A DNA stretch of 64,000 nt from an uncultured Desulfobacter sp. (GTDB taxonomy: Bacteria > Desulfobacterota > Desulfobacteria > Desulfobacterales > Desulfobacteraceae). Below are positions 9,381 through 16,966 of the stretch, in pieces; position 1 is the first letter of the stretch, and each line of letters opens with the position of its first letter. The notes beneath the pieces were generated by a model. The model saw only the letters and a program-made list of their open reading frames with translations. It was not told the origin of the DNA and searched no databases. Where the stretch lies: assembly GCA_963665095.1 (NCBI GenBank), contig OY762069.1, positions 1,280,001 through 1,344,000 on the forward strand, read 5' to 3'. Made by a program: the position numbers and the translations under genes.

Positions 9381-10118
9381 ATGTTTAATCTTAATTCTGA
9401 AACAGATGTTTCCGCCCCCATAAATTACCTGATTGATTCAGCCCTTGAACTTGAGGAAGCTTTTTCAACGAAACGAAATTACCTGGGCGGCAGCCGGTTG
9501 GGCGTCCACTGTGAACGGGCTTTGCAATACGAGTTCACACACTACCCAGTAGACCCGGACAAGAGATTTCAGGGGCGTATTTTACGGGTGTTTTCAAGGG
9601 GCCATTGGGTTGAAGGTCTTATTATTGATTGCCTGAAAAAAGCTGGTTTTGGCATTATTACGGAATCGCGGGACGGCGGGCAATTCGGGTTTGTTTCCCA
9701 TGATGGCTATGTAAAAGGTCATTGTGACGGAATAATTTTGACCGGCCCGGAGCATTTAGGCCCATGGCCACGCTTGTGGGAATGTAAAGGCCTTGGCGCA
9801 AAATATTGGCGCGCCCTTGTTAAGCACAGGCTTAAAAAAGATAAACCAATTTATTACGCCCAGGTTCAGTTCTATATGGGGAAATTCGGCTTATCCGATA
9901 ATCCGGCAATTTTCTGCGCGGTGAACATGGATACAATGGAATTATATTGGGAAAGCGTGCCTTTTGACCCCGTTTTTTTTGATTCCTTGGAAAAAAAAGC
10001 TTGGCGGATTATTGATGCCTGCAGGGCTGAAAGCTTACTTCCCAGAGATAGCCAGGACCGAAATTTTTATAAATGTAAACTATGTTCATGGCGGATTGCT
10101 TGCCATGGGCCGGAATAA
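9381..10118 (+). CDS. Cas4-like PD-(D/E)XK exonuclease
   Basis: GHCDG..WECK, QVQFYM, an N-terminal Cys plus C-terminal CKLC-x5-C Fe-S pattern. Confidence 0.85.
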   Translation: MFNLNSETDVSAPINYLIDSALELEEAFSTKRNYLGGSRLGVHCERALQYEFTHYPVDPDKRFQGRILRVFSRGHWVEGLIIDCLKKAGFGIITESRDGGQFGFVSHDGYVKGHCDGIILTGPEHLGPWPRLWECKGLGAKYWRALVKHRLKKDKPIYYAQVQFYMGKFGLSDNPAIFCAVNMDTMELYWESVPFDPVFFDSLEKKAWRIIDACRAESLLPRDSQDRNFYKCKLCSWRIACHGPE

Positions 10119-10201
10119 ACTCGTTTAATGATAGGGGGGTGGAAAGAAGTATGAATAAGAATAAAAAAGCAATTTCATTCGTTAAAAGCCTGTCTATGGA
10201 A

Positions 10202-10259
10202 TATACCGGATAATCCTTTATGAGACTAAGCCGGAAACAACACGGATTTTAATATATTA
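10202..10259 (+). repeat. 58-bp direct repeat, copy 1
   Basis: TATACCGGATAATCCTTTATGAGACTAAGCCGGAAACAACACGGATTTTAATATATTA is identical to 11037..11094. Confidence 0.95.
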
Positions 10260-10265
10260 AATGTA

Positions 10266-11048
10266 ATGAAATCACATTCAAAAATAAACGAATTGAGCCT
10301 TTTTTCAGGTGCCGGTGGGGGTCTCCTGGCGTCAAAATATATGCTTAATTGGAGGACTGTTGGATATGTCGAACAGAACAGCTATTGCCAGCACGTTATC
10401 AGACAGAGAATCCTTGACGGTCACCTCGATGATGCCCCTATCTATGGCGATATCAGAACATTCATTGATTCAGGATGTGCCGGGCTTTATCGAGGAATTA
10501 CGGACGTCATATCAGCCGGTTTCCCATGCCAGCCATTTAGCAGAGCAGGAAAAAAACAATGCGAAAAAGATGCCAGGAATAAATGGCCGGAAACGTCAAA
10601 ATGCATCGAGATTATTCGACCCCAAGCAATCCAACTGGAGAACGTCGCAGGGCTTGTTACCAATGGGTATATCAACACAGTGTTTAGTGACCTGGCCAGT
10701 CTCAGGTATGACTTTAGGTATGATGTTTTACCCGCTGCCGCCTATGGTGCCGACCATTTACGGAAAAGATTGTGGGTTATTGCCTACGCCAGTGGCATCG
10801 GACTGGAAACGGCAGGGCGTTACTTTAGAAACGGCTCAAAGGTACGTTGCAAATGGCCGGGGCGCGCCTCTCCCCCTAAAATTGACGTTATTGACAGGGT
10901 CAACAGGCATACCGAACCCCCGTTTTTACGAAAGTATGATGGGGTGGCCTCTTGGGTGGACAGAATTAAAGCCATTGGAAATGGTCAGCATTCAGGAGTG
11001 GCAGCGGGTGTATGGACTGATTTAACGGAATCAATTTATACCGGATAA
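10266..11048 (+). CDS. DNA (cytosine-5)-methyltransferase, alpha-type polypeptide
   Basis: Motif I LFSGAGG, IV GFPCQPFS, VI LENV, VIII HLRKR, X RIKAIGNG; no motif IX in this frame. Confidence 0.9.
   Translation: MKSHSKINELSLFSGAGGGLLASKYMLNWRTVGYVEQNSYCQHVIRQRILDGHLDDAPIYGDIRTFIDSGCAGLYRGITDVISAGFPCQPFSRAGKKQCEKDARNKWPETSKCIEIIRPQAIQLENVAGLVTNGYINTVFSDLASLRYDFRYDVLPAAAYGADHLRKRLWVIAYASGIGLETAGRYFRNGSKVRCKWPGRASPPKIDVIDRVNRHTEPPFLRKYDGVASWVDRIKAIGNGQHSGVAAGVWTDLTESIYTG
10309..11025 (+). CDS. Nested alternative-frame polypeptide, putative beta subunit of the methyltransferase
   Basis: 238 stop-free codons inside the MTase gene, ending in motif-IX-like PNPRFYESMMGWPLGWT; true start uncertain. 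Confidence 0.65.
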   Translation: MPVGVSWRQNICLIGGLLDMSNRTAIASTLSDRESLTVTSMMPLSMAISEHSLIQDVPGFIEELRTSYQPVSHASHLAEQEKNNAKKMPGINGRKRQNASRLFDPKQSNWRTSQGLLPMGISTQCLVTWPVSGMTLGMMFYPLPPMVPTIYGKDCGLLPTPVASDWKRQGVTLETAQRYVANGRGAPLPLKLTLLTGSTGIPNPRFYESMMGWPLGWTELKPLEMVSIQEWQRVYGLI

Positions 11049-11094
11049 TCCTTTATGAGACTAAGCCGGAAACAACACGGATTTTAATATATTA
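11037..11094 (+). repeat. 58-bp direct repeat, copy 2
   Basis: Identical to 10202..10259; contains the MTase stop codon. Confidence 0.95.
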
Positions 11095-11310
11095 TCTTGA
11101 TTTTTCATCGAAAAATATAAGGTATTTGTCAAGCATGTTAACAGACTGCAACCATATCAACGTCATGAGTAGCCGGGAGGGGGCGGCGGTTATGCCCTGT
11201 TCGCCCCTTTCCCATTTGAGCCATAAACCACGACTTACGCCCATGGCTTTTGCTATTTCTGTTTGCGACAGGCCCAGGGTTAACCGGGCCTGTTTTGGAT
11301 CCATTGACAT
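11092..11310 (-). CDS. XRE-family HTH protein
   Basis: ARLTLGLSQTEIAKAMGVSRGLWLKWERGE. Confidence 0.85.
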   Translation of the reverse strand: MSMDPKQARLTLGLSQTEIAKAMGVSRGLWLKWERGEQGITAAPSRLLMTLIWLQSVNMLDKYLIFFDEKSR

Positions 11311-11320
11311 TTCTTGTATC

Positions 11321-11608
11321 CTATTTTTTAACTTTTCTTTTTCGGCCGCCTTTAATTTGAGGTCTCATTTTATACCCACATTCGCTTACTCTAATCAACC
11401 CCCCTTCACCCATTGTGGTAAGCTTGCCAATCAAAGACATGATAGCCTGATTTTCAGCCTTAACCGTGGATGTCCCATCGTGATGGTGAGCAAGATAAGG
11501 GTAGCGGTGCATTGTTGTTGGGTACAAGTCAGGACAATTGTCTTTTGCCTCTTCTCTCATTGCATCTTCAATTACATCAGGATTGACTTTAAATTTCGCA
11601 CTCAACAT
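11321..11608 (-). CDS. Hypothetical moron protein
   Basis: AAGGA RBS before MLSAKF; the longer ORF call would start inside the promoter. Confidence 0.5.
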   Translation of the reverse strand: MLSAKFKVNPDVIEDAMREEAKDNCPDLYPTTMHRYPYLAHHHDGTSTVKAENQAIMSLIGKLTTMGEGGLIRVSECGYKMRPQIKGGRKRKVKK

Positions 11609-11783
11609 GATTGTGATCCTTTCCGGCAGTTTAGCGACTTGCCGAGGTCGAGTGATTATAAAATTTTTTCGGCTATATCCAAGGCGTTTTCGGTAAGAAA
11701 CCAGTCTTTTCCATCTTTGCCAATTAAATTTTTTACTTCCATGCTTGAAAAAAGACCTCTTGCCTTGCCGCCTTAATGATTTT

Positions 11784-11812
11784 AATTTAGTCCCTATTAG
11801 GGACAATGTAAA
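11784..11812 (-). promoter_or_regulatory. Promoter with palindromic operator for the leftward moron operon
   Basis: TTTACA-17-TAAATT on the minus strand; the spacer holds GTCCCTA-A-TAGGGAC. Confidence 0.6.
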
Positions 11813-11923
11813 TAAAAAAGTTAATGAGATGTGTTTTTTTTACTATTGGCCAAAGGGAAGCAGTGCTTTTTTGTCCATTGATTTACCAAACTGGAAACTA
11901 AACAGAAAACAAAAAGATAAACC

Positions 11924-14032
11924 ATGCTGTTAAATCTAAATAATGAAGCCCGCCAACGTGAAGACAGACCGGGTACCGCCCCAGAAATTCAAGCAGACCC
12001 AGTGGAAAGTTTTCTGTCCCGCCTGGCTGAATTTGACTTATATCCGCCTGATATAAGACAGGATGGCAAGTTACACCGGTTTGCCGTTGGTGAATCCCGT
12101 AATCAGGCCGGGTGGTATGTCTTTTACCCTGGGGATGTTGCCGCCGGAGCCTTTGGAAATTGGCGAGAAAGTTTAACTGAAAAATGGTGTAGCGTTGATC
12201 CGCGAACGATGACATATGAACAGCGGGCTGAACGCGACCAAAAAATAAAGCTTGCCCAGGAGGCGGAACGGAAAGAACAGGAAAAGAACGAAACCGCCGC
12301 CCAAAAAAGGGCAAACGCGGTTTTAAATGCAGCCGCGCCGGTTATCGGCCAGGGGCATGAATATTTAAAGGCTAAGGGGGTTGATGCCCACGGCATATAT
12401 CTTTCCGCCCGTGGTGACTTGCTTGTCCCTATGGTGGATAAGAACCGCTGTCTTTGGAATGTGGAAGTAATCAAGGCCGGCGGCGGGCCTAAAAAGGGTT
12501 TGTTTGGCGGCCGGCGTAAGGGGGTATTCTTCACAATCCCCGGCCAACCTGGGAATAATAACCTTTTCATATGTGAAGGATATAGCACCGGGGCAACCAT
12601 TTATGAAAAGACCGCTGCAACGGTTATTTGCTCGTTCAATGCCGGTAACCTGCCTCACATTGCCCAGGATATTAAAGAGCTCTACCCAGCACATAATATC
12701 ACCATTGCGGCGGACAATGACCAATTCAGCAACGGGAAAAACGTGGGGATAGTTAAGGCTCAGGAAGCGGCAAGGGCTATTAGTGCCGGATTGACTTATC
12801 CTGCCTTCACTTTGGATCAAATAAGCACATGGCGGCGTTTAAATAATAATCAGGAAAAAGGCCCAACGGATTTCAACGATTTGGCGGCCTTAGATCCTGC
12901 AGCGGTGGTTGTTCAATTGGGGGAACGGGATAAAAAGGCCCCTGCCCTGCCGCCCCTTACCCCTGCCAATACCTCAATGATTAACTGGTTGCCTGCCAGG
13001 CCCCCCAATCGTGATTTTGTCTTTAATCTTTTCGGCAAACCAATGATGCCTAAGGGCGCGGTTGGTGTGCTGTCTGCCACGGGGGGGACGGGGAAAACAT
13101 TTTTCCTATTGGCCCTGGCTGCCATGGCCGCAAAGGGCGGTACCTTTGGTCCGATTTCTGCCGTGTGTCCTCTAAAGGTCTTGGTGATATGTGGGGAAGA
13201 TGATCAAGACGAAATAGGCCGGCGTATATGGGATATTACCGGCGGGAATATCCCGCCAAATTTGCATGCTGCCAGTGTTTATGGTGAGGTCGGCCCATTA
13301 ATGCGGCTTGAAAAGGGGGTTCCTGAAAGGGCGGCTGGGTTTTATTGGCTGGAAGAAACCTTGAAGAACCACCCAGGTATTGACCTTTTAATAATTGACC
13401 CGAAAAGCCGGTTTTATGGCCTGGACGAAAACAGCAACGATCATGCCACGGAATGGATAAGGTGCCTTGAATATTTATGTAAAGAATATGTTCCCAATAT
13501 TCTTTTTGCCGCTCATACGAGTCAGGGCGAAATGGGCCGAATTTCCCAAAAAATGAACAGGGGGGCCACGGCCATTATTGACGGATGCCGATGGCAGGCC
13601 GGCTTAGCCCAGATGGATCCAGACACGGCAGATAAATACCACATAGATAGCCCGCGGGACTACATAGCCTTTGACGTGCCGAAATCCAACTATTCCGCCC
13701 GACAACAAAACGCTATTTATTTTAAAAGGACCGATACCGGGGCCCTGGAGTATGTTGAACTCAAAATACCACAAAGCACCCAGGATGAAATAAACACCTT
13801 TCTTACCTTATTAAAAAATTCACATGAACAATTTACAGATAGAGATTTAAAAAAAGAGAAAATCGGAAAATCTTTCTTTAATTCCATGAAAGAAAATCAT
13901 CCAGATTTTAAGCGTGAGGATGGATTCAACCAATTGATAAATACCTGCCTTGGAACAGGTGTCATAAGACGAATTTGGATCGGCACAGGATCTGGAAGAA
14001 AAAACATACTTGAGGTTGTAGACAATGGGTGA
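11924..14032 (+). CDS. Primase-helicase (TOPRIM plus AAA_25/RepA-type helicase)
   Basis: ICEGYSTG, AADND and PTDFND motifs; GGTGKT, GEDD and LIIDP motifs. Confidence 0.9.
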   Translation: MLLNLNNEARQREDRPGTAPEIQADPVESFLSRLAEFDLYPPDIRQDGKLHRFAVGESRNQAGWYVFYPGDVAAGAFGNWRESLTEKWCSVDPRTMTYEQRAERDQKIKLAQEAERKEQEKNETAAQKRANAVLNAAAPVIGQGHEYLKAKGVDAHGIYLSARGDLLVPMVDKNRCLWNVEVIKAGGGPKKGLFGGRRKGVFFTIPGQPGNNNLFICEGYSTGATIYEKTAATVICSFNAGNLPHIAQDIKELYPAHNITIAADNDQFSNGKNVGIVKAQEAARAISAGLTYPAFTLDQISTWRRLNNNQEKGPTDFNDLAALDPAAVVVQLGERDKKAPALPPLTPANTSMINWLPARPPNRDFVFNLFGKPMMPKGAVGVLSATGGTGKTFFLLALAAMAAKGGTFGPISAVCPLKVLVICGEDDQDEIGRRIWDITGGNIPPNLHAASVYGEVGPLMRLEKGVPERAAGFYWLEETLKNHPGIDLLIIDPKSRFYGLDENSNDHATEWIRCLEYLCKEYVPNILFAAHTSQGEMGRISQKMNRGATAIIDGCRWQAGLAQMDPDTADKYHIDSPRDYIAFDVPKSNYSARQQNAIYFKRTDTGALEYVELKIPQSTQDEINTFLTLLKNSHEQFTDRDLKKEKIGKSFFNSMKENHPDFKREDGFNQLINTCLGTGVIRRIWIGTGSGRKNILEVVDNG

Positions 14033-14225
14033 TTCTTTGCGGAATTTTTACCTTTGCGGGGCTTCCGGAAGTTGCGGAATTTTATTGAATTCCGCAAAGA
14101 AACTTATTGAATTTATTAAAAATAATCGACAAATTCTTTGCGGAATTTGACCCTTGCGGATTTTAAAAATTCCGCAATGTAAGTTATTGAAATTATTACT
14201 TATGGATTGCGGAGCTTGCGGATTC
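14033..14225. repeat. Iteron-like cluster, putative phage replication origin
   Basis: Seven TTGCGG and two inverted CCGCAA copies with AT-rich spacers, directly after the primase gene. Confidence 0.65.
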
Positions 14226-14318
14226 CCCCTAAAGGGGGGAACAAGTAGCGGGCTTTAAAGCCCCGCTTATTGTCCCCATAGATTGAGTTTAAAAAACAAA
14301 AGAAAGGAGTGTTTGATT

Positions 14319-14717
14319 ATGGCAAAAACAAAAAATAATTCTCCCTTGGAAGAGTGGGAACAGGAACAGGTTTTTAAGTGGATATTATCAAACCAAATCA
14401 GGGAGCCAAAACTACAACTTGCCTATGGAACCCTAAACGGCGTTCGGTTGGCCCCCAGGCTTCGGTCAAAGATGAAAGCGCAGGGGAACAGGAAGGGCGT
14501 TCATGATATCGTGTTGCCGGCAAAAAGCCATTGCGGTAGATATCCTGGTCTTTATCTGGAATTGAAACGGCTCAAGGGCGGCCGGGTATCTGAGGACCAA
14601 AAAAGATATCACCAGCTGATAAAAGAACAGGGATATAAAAGCGTTGTTTGCAGGGGGCACTTTGAGGCGATACAAAAAATTGACGCTTATCTGGGCGGAA
14701 ATTTGCCCATTTTTTAG
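14319..14717 (+). CDS. VRR-NUC domain nuclease
   Basis: EEWEQ, GVHDIV, LYLELK and SEDQK motifs; AGGAG before ATG 14319. Confidence 0.85.
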   Translation: MAKTKNNSPLEEWEQEQVFKWILSNQIREPKLQLAYGTLNGVRLAPRLRSKMKAQGNRKGVHDIVLPAKSHCGRYPGLYLELKRLKGGRVSEDQKRYHQLIKEQGYKSVVCRGHFEAIQKIDAYLGGNLPIF

Positions 14718-14774
14718 CGTTTATTATTTACCAGATTGTAAACTATACGGTAACCAACAAAAGGAGCTAAGAAC

Positions 14775-15500
14775 ATGAAAATCGTTAATCAGGGGCATAG
14801 AATTTTGAGCGTACCTAATAGTCTTGGATTGATCGAGCGTGCAGGGCGAACCTGCTACAAGTCGGAAAAGCATATGGGGTGCCTTGTGAACGGGAATTCA
14901 GATGGAGATTTGAACCCCACGGATATTGAAATTTGTGCATGGTATGACATTCACGGTGGTAGTGATTGCGGCATGGAAAGTTGTGAACACCATTCAAGTC
15001 AGGAGTTCGCCCGGAGGCTCATTAGAAGGGGGCATAATGCTATGCTCGAATTTGGGGATGTCGTAGTAAAATTTACAACCAATCGGGGTATCTCCCATGA
15101 ATTGGTTAGGCACCGCCTTTCAAGCTTCGCCCAGGAATCCACCCGATATGTCAAATACAGTGGTGAAATTGAATTTATTAGGCCCGAATGGATGAGCGAA
15201 GAATATACACGTGCTAAAGGGGCCTGGTTGTCTGCTATGGAAAAAATTGAAAGTGAATATTTATTTCTGCTGAAACATGGCCTTAAGCCTCAAGATGCGC
15301 GGGGCATCCTGCCCAATGATCTTAAAACTGAAATTGTTATGAAAGCGAATTTTAGAGAATGGCGGCATATTTTCAGTCTTAGGTGTGACAAGGCGGCCCA
15401 TCCTCAAATGGTGGCCCTGATGCGTCCTCTTTTGGCGGATCTTGCGGACCGGGTACCGGTTGTTTTTGAAGATTTGGCAGAAAGGTTTTTAACCTTATGA
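14775..15500 (+). CDS. thyX: Flavin-dependent thymidylate synthase
   Basis: GHNAMLEF, HELVRHR-x7-STRY signature, ARGILP and NFREWRH motifs. Confidence 0.93.
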   Translation: MKIVNQGHRILSVPNSLGLIERAGRTCYKSEKHMGCLVNGNSDGDLNPTDIEICAWYDIHGGSDCGMESCEHHSSQEFARRLIRRGHNAMLEFGDVVVKFTTNRGISHELVRHRLSSFAQESTRYVKYSGEIEFIRPEWMSEEYTRAKGAWLSAMEKIESEYLFLLKHGLKPQDARGILPNDLKTEIVMKANFREWRHIFSLRCDKAAHPQMVALMRPLLADLADRVPVVFEDLAERFLTL

Positions 15501-15913
15501 AGACGGCTCCTAAAAATAACCAGATAGAGGGGAAGCCGCACCCGTCTTTGATTCCTATGGATATTTTAATGAATCATTTATGCCCTGCATATGATGAGGG
15601 ATTAAAAAAATATTATCGTGAATCTTGGCGGCTTGGGTTTCCCGTTTCCGTTTCATTCGATGCTATGCAACGGCATGCCATACATTTTTTTTATTTTGGT
15701 GAAGATATTGACCCTGATTCCACAACAATGAAACATCATTTATCAGGTGTAATTTTCAATGCTATTTGCATATTGAACACCCTTGAACAAAGGCCTGATT
15801 TAGATGACAGGCCAGCGAAAGGAAAGAAAAAATGTTTAAATTCTCAAAGCGGTCAAAACAGAATATGGAAGGCATTGATTCACGCCTGCAGGAAATTGCT
15901 GAAAAAGCAATAA
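15497..15913 (+). CDS. DUF5664-type dATP/dGTP diphosphohydrolase-like protein
   Basis: GKPHPSLIP, GLKKY..W..G, AMQRH and GEDIDPDS..HHL pattern. Confidence 0.7.
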   Translation: MKTAPKNNQIEGKPHPSLIPMDILMNHLCPAYDEGLKKYYRESWRLGFPVSVSFDAMQRHAIHFFYFGEDIDPDSTTMKHHLSGVIFNAICILNTLEQRPDLDDRPAKGKKKCLNSQSGQNRIWKALIHACRKLLKKQ

Positions 15914-16215
15914 AAATAAGCCGGGTTGATTTCGGCATTCCAGGGGATGGCGGGCTAAGAACGGACAGGCAGCAATATAATTTATTTCTTGATGGCAAAT
16001 CAATGTGTGATGGATGTTTCAAAATTAGCAAGCACCAGAACGGCAAGGCTCTTGATTTTTATGCATATGTTGATGGTAAGGCTTCATGGAATGAATTTGA
16101 CTTAACCATGGTTGCCGCCGCTCTTTTATGCGCCGCCTGTATCCTTGGTTATAAAATTACCTGGGGTGGATTTTGGACGTTTAAAGACCTACCACATATA
16201 GAACTCATAGAATAA
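15832..16215 (+). CDS. Endolysin, peptidase M15 family
   Basis: RTDRQQ, SKHQNGKALD and WGGFW..DLPHIEL motifs. Confidence 0.85.
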   Translation: MFKFSKRSKQNMEGIDSRLQEIAEKAIKISRVDFGIPGDGGLRTDRQQYNLFLDGKSMCDGCFKISKHQNGKALDFYAYVDGKASWNEFDLTMVAAALLCAACILGYKITWGGFWTFKDLPHIELIE

Positions 16216-16363
16216 AAAAAACAATATGTAGTTGAATAATCCACAAATAAAAAATATAAGGGATTCATGATTAGCGTTTACCAAAAAATAAACGATTGGG
16301 TAAAAGGCGGTGTTCATGTAATCTCCTTGGTGTGTCTGGTGAGGCCTGCCGGAATAATCCGGC

Positions 16364-16404
16364 GGGTCCTTCCCAGGCTTTTCTTTTTGGGTCGGCGGAA
16401 CCCC
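16364..16404 (+). other. Candidate cos region
   Basis: GGGTCCT (the lambda cosQ sequence) followed by GC-rich GGGTCGGCGGAACCCC, just upstream of the terminase small subunit. Confidence 0.45.
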
Positions 16405-16444
16405 GATCTTTCACTTCATACCAGCTTTTTAGGGCTTCCCTACA

Positions 16445-16966
16445 ATGGCTAACAGAGCAGATTTACCCTTTCAGTTGAACCAAAGCCAGGCAGCGGATTT
16501 TTTAGGGATAAAACGTCAAACCCTGATTGAAAAGAATTTTCCCACAGAAAAACGTGGACGGATTGTTTATTACGATTCCCGGGATTTATTAGCCTGGGCC
16601 ATTGATCGAGCAACAAAGCCATATATTAAACAACTTGCCTCAGTTAGTGAGGAAAAAACATTTGAAACTGAAAGGCTTAGACTCACAACGGCCCAGGCTG
16701 ATGCCCAGGAGTTAAAAAACGAACAGGCCCGCGCCAATGTGGTGCCGGTAGAATTTGCTATTCATGTTTTGGCGAAAGTTGCCAATGAGGCCGCAGGGAT
16801 ATTGGATAGCTTGCCATTGCATATCAAGCGGCGGCATCCGGAAGTTTCAAAAAAACTTTTAGATACAATCCGCCGGGAATTATCAAAATCAATGAATGCC
16901 CTTGCAGCCCTGAATGATACGGCCTTGCCTGGAATTATAGATGAATTTATCAGCCAAACAGATTAA
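16445..16966 (+). CDS. Terminase small subunit (Nu1-like)
   Basis: N-terminal winged HTH and ERLRLTTAQADAQELKN. Confidence 0.88.
   Translation: MANRADLPFQLNQSQAADFLGIKRQTLIEKNFPTEKRGRIVYYDSRDLLAWAIDRATKPYIKQLASVSEEKTFETERLRLTTAQADAQELKNEQARANVVPVEFAIHVLAKVANEAAGILDSLPLHIKRRHPEVSKKLLDTIRRELSKSMNALAALNDTALPGIIDEFISQTD

Noticed and set aside
9381..10118. Cas4-like gene as a sign of CRISPR-Cas
   Set aside because: No repeat-spacer array or other cas genes; solo Cas4-like nucleases are common in phage replication modules.
10202..11094. 58-bp repeats as a CRISPR array or classical integron attC
   Set aside because: Only two copies with a whole gene between them; no RYYYAAC/GTTRRRY ends and no integron integrase.
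14775..15913. Z-base or other hypermodified-genome pathway
   Set aside because: No purZ, DNA polymerase or base-transfer enzymes are recognisable in the prophage.
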